Of a stretch of 64,000 nucleotides of DNA, positions 42,558 through 57,230 are shown piece after piece. A program made the translations under genes and the position numbers. The notes below the pieces were generated by a model. The model was given only the letters and a program-made list of their open reading frames with translations. It did no database searches and was not told the DNA's origin. The stretch spans positions 126,418,001-126,482,000 of the forward strand of contig OX597816.1 of assembly GCA_951406725.2 (NCBI GenBank), in the 5' to 3' direction. This DNA is from Octopus vulgaris. Taxonomy: Eukaryota. Each line of letters starts with the position of its first letter. Within the stretch, counting starts at the first letter, position 1.

Positions 42558-45019
42558 CATATATACATATATATACATACATATATAGACACACACACAC
42601 ATATATGTATGTGTGCATGTCTGTGTGTGCATGGTGTGGTGTCTATGTGTGTAAATATTCATATTCTATCTTTTTATTCAATTTGCTGGGAGCTACTCAA
42701 AACTGGCTTGTGAAATCAATAAACATATATTGGTATATGATAAAAATATCTCTTAGGACAATAGGATTTATATCTGTCTTTGATGTCTCATCCTCAGTTT
42801 AACAACATTTTTATCTTTTCATTTTATTAGGTAACTAATAGTGCAACTATACATACTTAAGAAACATTTTCTTTACCTATTGTTTGTATTTCTATTGTTT
42901 CTTTCTGACTGTCATCAAAGTGTGAAGCAGAAAATTTTCATCTGTATATTTATACCCTAGAGTAAAAAGAGTTTGAAATTGTTAATCATTCGGGAAATAT
43001 TTTCAACAAGATATATAACTTGAAAAAGACTTTTATCTTCCATGAAATTTGAAAGGCTATAGTGTTTGACTGTGTCAAAAAAAAAAAAAAAGTGAATAAC
43101 AAGTCACTTAGTGTCTTAAAACAAATTGTGCATTGTAAATATTGTTATAGTTTTACTCTTTCAGAATAAAGAATTATTATTGAATCAAAAATAATTTTAT
43201 TATTCTCATTTATGAAACCTCTTTATATATGCCGAAGGAATGCAAGGAAAATTTAGTAAGAAATTCAATGTTTTTTACAGCAAAGTGAAAAGTTTGCCTG
43301 AAATAAACACTTTTATATTTTATGACTTTTTGAAATGATAGAAACCTGTTCCATGTTAAATTTAAAGATTTGCAAATTGAAATCAAATTATTAACTTTCT
43401 GTTTCATCATATATTTGAAGGGTGTCATACATAATGTTCCAAAATTGCACTCATGGGATATATTTGTTTTGATTTTGATAATTTACCAGGGGTGCTGAAT
43501 TTACTAACAGCCAAGTTATATTAAGAAAATGTCATAAGCTTTCGTCTGTCTTTTATGTCAGTAATTTTGAGACTGTTAAAATGTTAACATTTTGCCTGCT
43601 GGTATATTATATTCATTCTTTAAAAACTCTTGCACTTTTTGTCAACTCTTAGTGGAATGTATTTTGTGTGTGCATTATGTAATGGAATGTGCAAAACTGT
43701 ACATGTCATTACAACTGACATTAGATAACAATGCACTTACAAATAACTTTTAAAATCTCAATAGATTTACAATCTAGGCTGTAATGTGTGGATATTCATT
43801 TTATTTTTTTATAAGTTCAAGATTTTCTAGCCATGTATGAAAATGGTTTATAGGTCTTATTTTAGAGAATAACAAAAAACACTTGTGCTTATTATATTTT
43901 TATGTCTTCTAGCTTAGGAAAGAATATTATTGTAATTATATACAAAAATCAAAAGAATTTTCACACAATATAATAAATGAATCCTGCTGATAACACCAGG
44001 TGTATAGAGAAGGAGAATTCTGGAAGAGTTTTGTTGAATGCTTGTAATGTAGAGTTGGAGCTGAAATGTAGAGAAAATCTGATATAGTTAACAGATCCAT
44101 CTTGGTTGAGGAATGGTGAATAGATGGTTTTGAAAAGCTAGTAAAGACTTATTTGGCACGAGACAAGAAAATTCTGCTACAATTTGGAGGACAGGAGCAC
44201 TTGCAGGAATCTCATTTTTTCTCATGTTGTGGTAGTAGCACTTCAAAGAGTGATTTTAGCTTGTACAGCTGAAGCACATTGGTGAGATTTGGGGGTTGTA
44301 GGCTTTATTGTGTGATAAGAACAATGAAATGTATCTATAATGATGGTTTTGGTCACAATCTTAGCTACCTCAAATTGGTATGGTGTCGTACAGTAGGGGG
44401 ATGTCAAGTGCACTGCATTACATAAGCAGTGTTTAGACAGTTTCATGTATTCAGAGATGATGATGTTCAGGTAAAGGCTGGGTTTCAAGGTGATAAAGTT
44501 GTCTGCAGTGTTTAGTGTGCATATGTATCTATAAAGTGTATAGGCAGGTTTGATTACAAAGTCAATAAAAGACATAATAGATACATGAGATTGGTGTAGA
44601 AGTTCAGAGTCACAAACGATCTGACTCATTTACCAGTAATTTCAGTGTAAGTGGAGAGTGAGAGTTATGAATATTGGAGTTATCAAGGATGACTTCAGAA
44701 AGTAAGGTGAGACAAGTCTCAATACAGGACATAAAAAAATCAGTTAGTTGATACTGATTGAAAGAATTGGAATATTATTTCTATTCTATTGATGATTGTC
44801 ATTGATTTTAAACTCTACTTTAGTGGTTTAAATTTGGAAAAGATTAAATTACATAGTTTTTGTTAAATCAAGAATTATATAACAAATATAATGATATTAA
44901 TATCAAGAGCGTAAAGTCATTCTTTTGAACTCTTGTCTAAATTATTTTATTTTACTGTTACAATCATAATTCTAGAATTACACTATAGAAGCAACTCTAT
45001 TTTTATCTCTGTAACAAAA

Positions 45020-45514
45020 TTTATGTGTGCCATTGAAAAGCCAGAAGCTGCAGTTTTTTTATCTGGGAAAAAATTCTCTTGTAGATGTATTGTGTCAAGA
45101 AACACAATATACTTCAGAGCTAGGCAAAGTGAAAACACTCCAGAATTGGCTGCAAGAGTGACGGATGCAAATTTTGTTATAATTGTAGCTTGACACTATC
45201 GCATACTCATGCCCCTTACAAACCAAGGTAGAATAGGCCAGTATATAGAGATAGCGTATAAACAATGCACTGACTTATGCAAAGATGCAGCTGGCTGAAT
45301 AAAGCTCAAATTATGTGGCAGAAGCAGCTCTACAGTAAAACATCCTTATCTATATGACATACTTTATGTACGTGTACCATTGAAAAGCCAGAAGCTGCAG
45401 TTATTGTCTAGGAAAAATCTCTTTATGATATATTGTGTTAAGAAATACATTATATAGTTCAGAACTAGGTGAAAGGAAATCATCCTGGAAATGAATGCAA
45501 GAGTGACAGATGTA
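45020..45514. repeat. Pair of diverged direct repeats of about 150 bp, period 347 bp
   Basis: ccattgaaaagccagaagctgcagtt...tgcaagagtgac(g/a)gatg at about 45020-45169 and 45363-45514. Confidence 0.8.
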
Positions 45515-48500
45515 CCTAGATCGGCTTGTATTGCATAATTCTAACTTTATTCACTATTTGCTGTTATTGCAAGCCAGTATGTTGTTTAGACACTGTCTCT
45601 ATATACTTCAGACTGACTGATACAAACTTGTTTCAGAAATGACACAAGTACATGACATTGATAAGCTGCAATTATAACAACATGTGCATTTGTTGCTCTT
45701 GTAGATCCTTTGGAGGAATTTTGTTTCACCTAGCACTGAAATATATTGTTTTTTTTTTTAATACAATACATCCATAAAAGGATTTTTCCCAGACGAAATA
45801 TTACAGAGTTTGACTTTTCAATGATGCACATGCATTAAGTATGTTATATAGATAATAATCATAATTCTACTAATAATGTTTTTGCATTAGTATTACAAGT
45901 AAAAAATATTCAACCATCATGCTATTATGTATAAAGTAAAAGGCCAACATCAGTCCGGAAATGCTATTTTTCAGTCAATTATTGCATATCATTTATGGGC
46001 CTTAAAACATTATTACTAAGACTGTGCAAGGCTACCCACAGAAATGGTAGTGACGAACTACACACATTCCTTATATATCTTTTGGAAACATTTCCTAACA
46101 ATGGATCATGGGAATTGTTTTATGATTAGTACAGCTCAGGAATTTATCTACAAAGGTTCACATTGGATATGAAAAGGTTGTACTTCAAATTATTGTAATT
46201 AATGATGTGAGATCATAGTTCTCTTCGATAGCATTTATAGTTCTCTTGGGAACTCTACTGAAATCATTCCTATTCAATACATAGTGCTTGTCATTTTATA
46301 AATTTCATCAAGAAACTTGGTTTGATTGCTGTGTATATAATCATTATGCCCTTAAGTAATTCCACATCTCTTCAATATACTACACTTAAAACAGATTTGC
46401 TAGCCATTAGAAACAACCTCAGCAACTGCGTGATTGACTGCTACCTTTAACTAAACATTGCTAAATCAGAAATTTTAATTTTAGCTGTTATTAAATGTGG
46501 TAAGTTGATTATTAAAACAATCTAATTCATAGCAAAATTACCTATCAAGAAGCAAACGCCTTTGTGTTATATCACATTAATAAACAATAAATAAATAAAC
46601 ATTTACACTAGACGAATGCTTGAATCATAACCAGCAATCCAACCAGCTCATCATCCATTATTACTATTCTATACAGAAGCTGAGTAAAATATTTAGGAAA
46701 TTCCTTAGTGTTAATCTGTCTATAGTTACTATCAATAATTGTTTCCAAAATTTGACAGTCGTGATTTTCTTCCTTCTTCAGTATTCTATAAATTTCTCAG
46801 AGAAAAAGACCCTTCAAAACTATTAGGTTCTTGGCTATATTATACTGGTTATCAGTTAAAATTCATATACTTCAAAAAAATTTTCTGATGTTTCTAATTT
46901 AATTTTTTGACTTCTTTTATGACTTCAAATTCACTCTAAGAATATGGTTCCACTACTAAAAGATCACAGACTAGACTAAAAGGAGTGTATTTTTCTAATG
47001 AAAAAATATTTTCTAAATTTAAGTTGATATACATTTAACATTTTAACAATACTATTAAACAAAACTAAGTTATCAAGCTAACAGTACTATTAAACTAAAC
47101 ATTACTATTGAACTAAACTAATCATTGATTGGCAAAAAGATTGATGGTTGCATAATATAAATGGATAATGTTCATTATCATTAACAGTTATTAATAAAAA
47201 TATGAGTACTGATTAAATATCTCACCAGACTTAAATGTATACTCTTCATTTCAATAATTATTTATCTCTCCATATAGAATATCAAATATATATTCAATAA
47301 AAATTAACTTCAATACACATTTTTATAATTTAAAATGTAGCTTATCTTTGTGCATGATTTACCATTTAATATATAAAATTCATCACAATGCATGATATAT
47401 TTGGTAACAAGCCAAGGAAAATGAAAACTTTTTGAAAATTTGTACTTTAATTCAATGTAGTTGCTCCATGAAATATATCAAGTTCATAATATATTAATTT
47501 AATACAAGAATCTTTAGCAGTTTCTCATAAACTAATAAGTGAATACCTATCACACGCACACACACACACAGACGTTAGTGCATGTGTGTATGAGAGCATG
47601 TATGTGTATGCATGCATTGCAGCAGAATGACAAATGTGGATGAGATCTATAAGCATAGAGATTCACCATATTGATGAAAAGAAGTGCTTAGCTATGGCAG
47701 GAGAGTTATGAAGCTAATGCACATAAACAGCATGCAAGATAATTGGACAAAGAAATCTATTGTGGATTCTATTATGAAAAGCAGAACCAGCCAGGCTAAA
47801 ATTCCTGCTGAGAGCAGTGTATGATTTACTTCAGTCCCTGGCCAATAATAGACAGCAGGTTTGTAGCAACACTGCTGAATGTCATCAGTGTGAAAATTAT
47901 TTATCCTTAGAAAATGTTTTAGTGGCATGTTAGTCATCTCCTTCAAACTATGCCTGGTAACATTAATCCCAAATCCTGAATCTTCTTGCTATTGCACAAA
48001 GCAACAAAACAGCATCAAAATAGTGAGCATCAACCTCCAGTTTCACCTTGAAGTTTTTCATGAGGGTTAGAAAGGACAATGTAGGAGTGTAAACAAAGCA
48101 AAGCTGATGCCTAGATTTTTGCATAGTGCTAATGACTATAAGATGCAGATTCAAAGAAACTCAAATTTCCAAGCCATATTGCAGTGGCCTGGCTTCACGA
48201 CAAAGTCCATTTTGACAAAAACATTTCTGATTGTTGAGTTAATATGGAGTGGACACATTAAAGATAAATCTTAAAATATGAAAGATTAATCGAACAAGGT
48301 GAGACATGAGCTTGGCAGTGTACAGGACTTTAAGAAGAGGTGAGATATTATGGGTTTATGACTAGATCCACTATTTCCTATTTGGCTGAAATTGGACATA
48401 GGAAGATGCAAAGCAGTACTTGATCATGGATATGGCAGAAAGTAAAGAATAAATCATCAGTGAGTAGTAAATAAAAATTCTTAGTTGGGATGATGGTGAT

Positions 48501-50019
48501 ACTTGCATCATGCTTAGTGTGATGATTGTAAGGATGGTGAAGGAGAAGCAGGCCACAGTTTGGACCCAAATGTGGTGGACATTCCTTGGTAGCATCAATG
48601 TTGCTTTGTAACACTGGATGGAGTTACACTAACAAACATTTCAACAATGGAAATTGCTGAAACTGGTGTTGTTATGTAACTGCCTAGATGATTAAAAATG
48701 TAGTATATGCAACTGAGGCAGCAAGTCCATGAGACATATTAATCTAAGAACAAATATTTCAGTAACTAGCCTATCAACAATGTGTAAACATTAAGTATTC
48801 TATTAGATGGATTTTATGATTAAATACTATCTTACCAGACAGAGATATGTGTATGAGTATTTATACACAAATATATGTGCACACATACAAGATGTTTCTA
48901 AAATTATTCGTACTCTATTATCTTGTTTCTTTTAGCCAGTGAGTTGTAACCATGCTGGGTTTGGGGCCCCATTATTAATACTTCTAGAAAATTCTTTCTA
49001 TCTGTGATATTACATGAACGAAGAGTTTTAAAGGATAAGTAATGATCTTTAGTAACCAAAGATGCTGCGCATGTGCACAAGGAGTGTAACCACCACATGT
49101 TCTATAATTGTTTATTTTCATAACAGAAGGAATTCAATTCTAGAACGATGACCGCAGCTTAAAACCTTTCCTATGTAAAGAAAGAGATACAAGAAAGATG
49201 ATTTATTTTATAAAATCCTAGAGTGTATTGCAAACTTTCGTACTTGAATTTTTTAGCTAATAAATGTTTGTTTTGAACAATGTTTTGACTGTTATTTCTA
49301 GCAACTTCTGTTGGTTTGTTCGTATTCGTAGTTTTTAAATATTTAATTTCCTTGTGAATGTTTTCATGCTTTTCATTGTTTACTGTAGCTAGTTTAATGT
49401 TTTGCCGTGCTGACCCCCCCCCCCCCCAACCTATGATGGAAGAGGCAGTGAACACGCTATTTTCTGATTGGATGAAAATTCTGAAAATTATCAAACTTTG
49501 AATACTTGTAACATTTTTGCAAAATTTTTCTGGAATAGATAAATAACAATTTGGATTCAGCGTCAAAATTTACGTCTATATGATACATTAAAAAATGTTT
49601 TTAAAGATAATTGTAAACAGTGATGAAAACCACAAAGATCCACCAAATGCATTCTTTCAGTTGACTTGATGCTATATGTTTGTATGTAGTTCTACCATAG
49701 TGCTGTCAACACCAAATGTTAGTAAATGATAACAGATTTAATTACTATATTCTTCTGTAGATCTGGTGTTTCAATGTTAAGCAGTTTTTTACATAATGAT
49801 GATTATGTAGCATACAAATGTATGCTATAGAAACACAAGTAGAAATTACATAATTTATGATGTTATAATAAAAAAAATTAAATTCACCACCCTTCTAGTC
49901 TTTTATAAGCACAAGCCTTTTTGTATATAAATATGAACATACTGACATACATTTGCATAAATATTGTAAATAATGTATGTATACATAGATACTTGTTTGT
50001 ATGTGAATATATATATATA

Positions 50020-50051
<32 letters not shown>

Positions 50052-50097
50052 CATATATATACATACATGCATATACACACACACACACACATATATA

Positions 50098-50134
<37 letters not shown>

Positions 50135-50159
50135 TTTTAAATTTTGGCACACACCTGGC

Positions 50160-50330
50160 CAATTATACTGATCCTCAATATTCAATTGGTACTCATTTTA
50201 TCAACTCCCCAAAGGAATGAGACATAAAATTAACCTTGGCAAAATTTGAACTCAGAATATAAAGACAGACGAAATGCCACTAAGCAATTTGTCTGACATG
50301 CTTGCAATTCTACTAGTTCGTTGCCTTGTG
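50160..50330 (-). mobile_element. Degraded family B SINE
   Basis: ggtactcattttatcaac...aaaggaatga...aatttgaactcagaat, homologous to 7100-7187. Confidence 0.7.
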
Positions 50331-50333
50331 TGT

Positions 50334-50364
<31 letters not shown>

Positions 50365-50503
50365 AATGTGACTAGGATGTTACGAAACACCTGCATAGCT
50401 AGAAATAAAAGCTAAACCACTCTAATGCTGTATTTAACAGACATGAATAAAAGCATATACACTAACAGAGACCATAATCATCCGAAAAGTGTTGAACACA
50501 AAT

Positions 50504-50556
50504 TCTTAATACTGACACATCAGTTTCAGCAATTTCTGTTGCCTCATCAGTTAAGA
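50504..50556 (-). ncRNA. Canonical type I hammerhead ribozyme motif
   Basis: Minus strand TCTTAA-CTGATGA-GGCAA(cagaaa)TTGCT-GAAAC-TGA(tgtg)TCA-GTA-TTAAGA: full core, 6-bp stem I, 5-bp stem II, 5-bp stem III. Confidence 0.85.
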
Positions 50557-50851
50557 CATCTTGATTGTTCTGCTCTTTCCGGACTGACTTCGCCATCAGT
50601 ATTTATGTTTCCATCAACCAAATAATTGGATGATTTAGCGATTCGCTAATGTGTATATATATAAAATTAATATAAACAGCAGTTATCAATGTTTCACCAA
50701 AAAGGAGAATTACGAATGTCACTAAATGTGACTAGGGTGTTAGGAAACACCTGCATTGCTAGAAGTAAGAGCTAAACCACTGTAATGCACATGAATGAAA
50801 ACAAATACGCTAACAGGGACCATAATCATCCGAAAAATGCTGATCGAGAAT

Positions 50852-50903
50852 TCTTAATTCTGATGTGTCAGTTACGGTCATTTCTGTTGCTTCATCAGTA
50901 AGA
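50852..50903 (-). ncRNA. Inactivated hammerhead (second tandem unit)
   Basis: CTGATGA is retained, but GAAA has become GTAA and GTA has become GAA. Confidence 0.65.
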
Positions 50904-51103
50904 CAGGTCAATTGGTCAGCTCTTTCCAGACTTGCTTCGTCATTAATAGAAATAAAAGAACTGAAGGTTGTGTCTCAGCATGGCCAAAATTCAATGATTG
51001 AAACAATTAAATAAGTACAACACACATACATTTCAAGTAAATATTTGAACACATAAAAGCCATGCATGCATAGAAGATGGACGTTAAGCCATGAGGATGA
51101 TGA

Positions 51104-51141
<38 letters not shown>

Positions 51142-54077
51142 GTATTTGTGTATGTGTATGTTGAAGTTCTTGTACATACATACATTATATATATACACAC
51201 ACACACATACACACACATATATATCTGAGTGTGTAAAGGTACAAACACACACATGTGCACAGACACATGCACACACAAAGAGAACTTTCAAAAGAATTAT
51301 TGTTTCTAGTATGTCAAGAACAGAACTTGAGTCTGCATAAAACGTTGTGTATGTTCTGAACAATAAGAAAATCAAAAATGCAATTGTTTCCAGCATGTCA
51401 AGAGCAGACGACATGATGAGAAGCTATTGTCTCCATCTTATTTGAGTTCAGTAGAGCAGAGAGAACAAAAATGAAAACACTATGAGGAAATCTTTGTAAG
51501 ATTGGTTTGTTGTTAAATGGTGTCATGATAAGGCATGTTATGCACAACTCCAAATAAGATGAATGAATGAGATTATTTGCTGCTGGATTGTAATCAATAG
51601 TAGTGAAGCTGTATCCTGAACTCAAGATCTCATGCGCTACAGTTGGTGGTTAGTTCTTAAAAGTTAGAGGTAGGTAGTTATAAAACCAATCTGTATGTTA
51701 TTGTCAAATTGTCAAAAACAAACAAAAAAAATGACAAAAGGTCTGAGGAGATACAACTTTCTAATATATATAAACAGCATGGTGAATTTTTGGATCAGGC
51801 CAGGGCATGCATCTACCTAATGATTTAGTTGTGTTTTCTGACAGTTTGTGATTGGTCAATATCTACAAAAGTGTATTTCTCATATGCCAAAAAAGCAAAC
51901 TATGAAAAATCAATACACAACTGGTGAAATTGAAGATTATGAGATCAAAATAATAATAATAATAATGTAGATATTATACTACGCACATATGTACATATAT
52001 GTGTAGCATACACACACGTACGCATGCACACACACACACACACATGTACATACATGTGTATGTGTGTGAATGTGTACATACACACACACATACCACACAA
52101 CATTATTCAAAGATGAGACTCACTGAGAGATTCTTTTTCCAAATATTCAAGGGAATGAACTAATGAGTGGGGTTCCTGCATTGCAAATTGATAAACTCAT
52201 TTCTGCAGTTTATTATTCTCATGGAAACAGACAGATGTATCTTCTGATATATCAGCATTGGAGGATTCCCATTGATTAAAATTATATAATTTTAAATGCT
52301 TATATCTGTTTTATTGTTAATTTCTAAGGAAAATTAATGTAATTTTTATCACCACTATGCAAAACTACATCAGTTTAGAAAATCTAGAAAACATCTGGTG
52401 AAAATTTGTAATAATTTAAATGACTGGAGGAAATTTTAAAACATACCTAAACTTTAAACTATATGGTTGGAAAATGAACTTCTTAATCACACAGCTGTTT
52501 CTAATATGGTTACTGTTATTGCATCATAGCCATGATAGGGCACCCAATTCAATTGATTATATCTATCCAAATAAGGTGTTTTGTAACTTTGTTATTGCCA
52601 TTTTTATGTTCAGCTTTTTCAAAAAAATTTATACTCTCATTGAACTAGAATTTTTCATACTAAAACTGTAGTACTTTGGAAAATAAATCTAACTGGATAG
52701 TAACCTATATCATTTCAATTTTAATTCAAGCAGTTTAATTACTTATGAACTAGCAGAGCTAGAATAGAGTTCTATAATCATATAGTTCTTAGAGAAGGGT
52801 TAGTCAAAGAAAATATTTACTCTGTACATAATAATTTAGAGTGTAATGAAATGAGTTGAGTAGAATGAAGTGTAGTGAGTCTGATTTAGAGTAGTTTAGA
52901 CAAAGTAACATGTTCAGAGGTTTATACATTTTTGCAGTTTTGACATCGGAGGCAGAAACAGGGTATAGTTTGTTTATAGGCAGTTGGTTGGTGAATTGTT
53001 TTTGCAAGACTGACTGATGATGTTAAAGAGTTGATTTCGATTGAGTGAATGTTGTGTACATAGTAGGTGCACCTTATTAAATAGTGTGCAATGTAAGAGC
53101 TACTCTCTACCTAATATAATATACTCAAATTGCTTTATCATTTAGTCTGAGGCAGAGGTTTGCTCATAATCTTTGCAAGCTTTTCCAGACTAATGAGATA
53201 AATTCTGTTGACATTTATCTTCAACTTTTCTTGCTTAATGCCTTCAAGAGTCCTTCTAAGAAAAAGAAATAGTTTCAATGATAGTTGATTGCAGTTTAAG
53301 AAATGACAGATCGAACACTACATTTAGTGAAGTACTTGAAGATAAAGAAAGGCAGTCGCATTCACTGAGCCATAGAAGTTGTAGGGTATGTGGTAGAAGA
53401 GATAGATAGAACAACCAACTATGGACTGGTAAATGCCAATCAGCTGGATAACCATTTTATGGGTGTTGCTTAAAATGTTTGTGTGTGTATAGTAGCAGCT
53501 ATTCAGGTCTTAAATTTATGTTCCAGTTTGGGAATGCTCCTAGAAAATCTTTTTGTATGGTTTGTTTTGTTTCAAACATAGTTGCCCTTGATTGAGCAAA
53601 CTTATGTTTAAAGAAAATCGTATCCCTCCATTATATAAAGTGTCTTAGCTTTTTTAAAATGCTTTAGGATGTAGTGAGTGAATTATTTGGTTAATATTTT
53701 TAGCAAGTCACAGGAACACATAGAGGCTCCCTCATTGGATTGATGGTCTAATTTTCTAACTTTTATGATACCAGGTCAATTAATCATGAAACATGGAAAT
53801 GACAAATTTGGTACCTAATATATTCACATATAAATGTTCTGATAAGTTACTATTTTTGTTTTATTAGACACCTTCAATCTCTGAAGTGAATCTCCTTTTC
53901 ACTTCATCTACCATTGTTTTATCATTAAAACTTACAGAATATTACAAGATATATATTTTTTAGCTAGCTAGAATTAGCTCCCTTATAAATATTACCTGTA
54001 ATACTTTGAAAGCAAACAAAATCCATGCAATGAAGGATTTTGATTACTTATTAGTGTATGTGTACATGTACTAATAC

Positions 54078-54127
<50 letters not shown>

Positions 54128-54839
54128 AGCAATAGGAACAAATATATGTATGTAAATGTGTGTGTGTGTATGTATATATGTTTATATATATATGTGTGTG
54201 TGTGTCTGTGTAGATCTATGTGTATATATATATGTATGTATAAATGGGTGTACATATGCATGTATTCACACACACACATTTATTTTAATATTTATCCTTG
54301 GATGCACACAAAAATTGAAATTTATCACATATTTAATTTGATTCTTATATGAAAATTACTCCTGTGCACTTGGAAGTTAATTAAAATATTTCAATTTTAA
54401 TTTTTTTCTATTTTTTCATAGGGAATATCATGAAAAGTAAATATCACAAGAAGTTTAACTAATGATATTTTACTAAAAATAGTAATTTAATTTGTAGTCA
54501 TGTATCTTTAAAATCTTTTAATTTAATACTTCATTAAATTCAGTAAATGAGGTTCCTGAAATGTTATAATCACTTAATATTGACAAATGTATGTTTAAAT
54601 AGAAAAAGGTAAACAATTTCTTTCCTTCGTCTTTTTTGCAGTTAACCTAATACACATTTATTTAAATAAAATACACTCCACAACTCCTATAATCTCAGTT
54701 CCAGAGGTTGTTGTTTATAGCTAATCTCAGCAGCTCTTCATGTTTAAAACTTAAATGCAATGGTTGTTAATGCTGACTATATTTAATGCAGGCATATTCA
54801 CACTTGGCATGTGACACATATGATGCAGCTTGATGTGAT

Positions 54840-57230
54840 AATATGTGGCTTATATCATCCACTTGATACCTTAAATTCTGATGGCAAATTTATAAACAGC
54901 CTTTGAATGATATAAGCAGTATGATCAAAACTAGATCAACACATCAACGTACTTCATTTAAGGAACTTTAACTTTCTTAACATCAAATGGTCTTAAGGCA
55001 ACCTAATCTCAGGACTTTCACATCATGATCAAAGACAGACAGAATCCTTACTTTATCTCACCAAAATACTATTTATCAAAGCAATAATATTGTACCTATC
55101 CAGGAGCAACATTATCTTGGATCTCAATTTCACTAATAACATGATCCACTTTGTGAAGATGACATCAACAATTTCCTTAGACTATAACACAATAAAACTA
55201 ATGTGGTGTAACCTAAAATAAGCCAAAGACATATATCAATCAGGAAAGGCCCAAATTCTATCCAGCCTAAATTTCAACAAAGCTGACAAGAAATTGGTCT
55301 GGAAAGAAGTCAAGAAATATAATTAGCCCTTAAGTTTCTCCATACAAGACATTGATATGAAACTTGAAGAATTACTGTCAATAAAGTAAGCCATATGCAT
55401 TAAATTTATGCCCCCACCCCACCAAAAAAATTACACACAAAAACGCTATTCCTAGAGATTGGTAAATTCTTATGAGATGGATAATTAAGATCACGAATTA
55501 CTTAAATAAACAACTTCAAAGCAGCAAAGAATCTCATTTAAAAAAAAAGCACTTTCAAAGATTAAAAACAAACTCAGACTTTTCTATGAAAATTAGAGGG
55601 AAGTAAGTCACACGAAAAAATGCAAATAGAAAAGTTTAATGAGTTCTTCAACATATTTAGGAGGCAACCATCAGTTGCATCATAAAAGAGTGGGGTGTAA
55701 TATTGGGCATTGATGAGATGAACTCAAACTCAACAAGAAAGCCTCAATTGTTAGCCAGTGATTCTTTTAAAGATATGCAAAAAGGTTCTGGCAAAACTAC
55801 TGCAGATACATTTTCCAGTGCTTGTAGTAATTTTCCTAAAACTCAAAAGAAGGTTTAATATACCCTATCTATAACAGGAAAGCTGAGCAAATGCTAAAAA
55901 TAGTAAGTATATATTTCTGACCTCACACATAAGCAAAATCATGGATCAGATTGTTAGAAAGAGGCTGTTCATATTCCTAGAAGTAAATGGCTTGCTCACT
56001 TACATGCAGTAGGGCTTTTGTTCAGAAAGAAGCTGCCTCATACAGCTACTATAGTATTATGGCTGGGTACTGAAACAGCAACTCAACCATTTAAATGTGA
56101 ATGTGATATATTTCGAATTAACTAAAGCCTTCTATAAAGTTGATAACAGAATGTATCAGTTCTTTAGGTAATAGAACTGGGACCACAACTGTTTATGGTG
56201 GCTCTCTCAGACATATTCACAGTTGTACAGTTATCCACTCTCACCAGCAATGCTGATGATACCACCAGCTATGCTGCTGAAGAATCATCTGTAATCAAGA
56301 ACCTTGAGGATAAGACAAAATTACAGCAAGACCTAAATGCAATATACAAGTGGGTTGAACCAACACAGAACACAGTTCAATGCTGAAAAATTCCAAGCAC
56401 TTTACTATCAATCCACAAATAGACTGCAATAAGTAAATACTGGTCTATGAGGTTTGCAATCTTGGAGTCTCGTTTGATGTGGTATTTGTAAAAGCATATG
56501 AAATGGTGTGCTGTTTCATGTGCATATTTCTACAATTGCAACAATGTGCAGGTAATTGGCTGGTTAGATTATGAGATCATTCAAAATGAAAAATAGAGGA
56601 AATAATGTTGCTTCTGAGGAGAACACTTTTTTATCAGTAATCTGGAATATTGCTCCCAATTATAGTTGCCACCTAGCATCAAGCTAACAGCAGACCTTGA
56701 TCAATCCAATATTTCTACATCAAGAAAATTGCTTCAGTGCAACAGATGAGCTATTGGTAAAAGCTGAAAGAAGTGAGGCATTTCTCCTTAAAGTCAGGCC
56801 AAAAATATATGCGGTGAAATATGTGTGTGTGTGGAAGGCCCAAGAGGGCTTAGCACCTAGATTTGCAATTGAAAATTATACCAACCCCTGAACTGGATGC
56901 TGCTGTATAATACCAAATATTTCAACCTTACCATAAAGAGTAAGACCAATATAATACCAGCTTCAGGGTCAGGAGCCACAGCTTGCTTATAAAACTTTAA
57001 AGGTCCATACATGTGGGTGTATTACAAAAAATTTACATGAATTTTTATCTAAGATATCTCGTGAACCGACATCACAGCAGGAAACACAAACAAGTTTGGT
57101 GATATTCGATTCCCTCACTCACCAATGGCAAACGTAGAAAGGGCTGTGGAAATTAATAAAACATATTTAAAAAATGCCACAATAGTAATGTTCCAACATG
57201 GTCACAACCTCTGGCTGGAAAAATTAAAGT
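54840..57230 (+). mobile_element. Ancient degraded copy of the CR1-like LINE
   Basis: Collinear remnants: ttggatctcaatttcactaataac (LDLxFTNN), ctaaatttcaacaaagct (LNFxKA), ctgacctcacacataagcaaaatcatg (LTSHISKxM), agaagctgcctcatacagcta (RSCLxQL), and the tail ccaacatggtcacaacc. Confidence 0.8.

Larger units (their letters stand above)
50365..50945 (-). mobile_element. Tandem hammerhead-containing repeat (retrozyme-like or Penelope pseudo-LTR tandem)
   Basis: Two diverged units starting aatgtgactagg at about 50365 and 50725. The hammerheads are 348 bp apart. Confidence 0.7.

Noticed and set aside
47650-48720. Faint LINE-like remnants on the minus strand (NVHH-x-W at about 48560-48585; also about 44000-44740 and 52800-53200)
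   Set aside because: Only isolated motif fragments are visible by eye; boundaries and family cannot be supported.
49375-49622. Possible small element bounded by cattgtttac / gtaaacagtg around a poly-C tract
   Set aside because: A 10-bp imperfect inverted repeat with no second copy or target duplication in the window.
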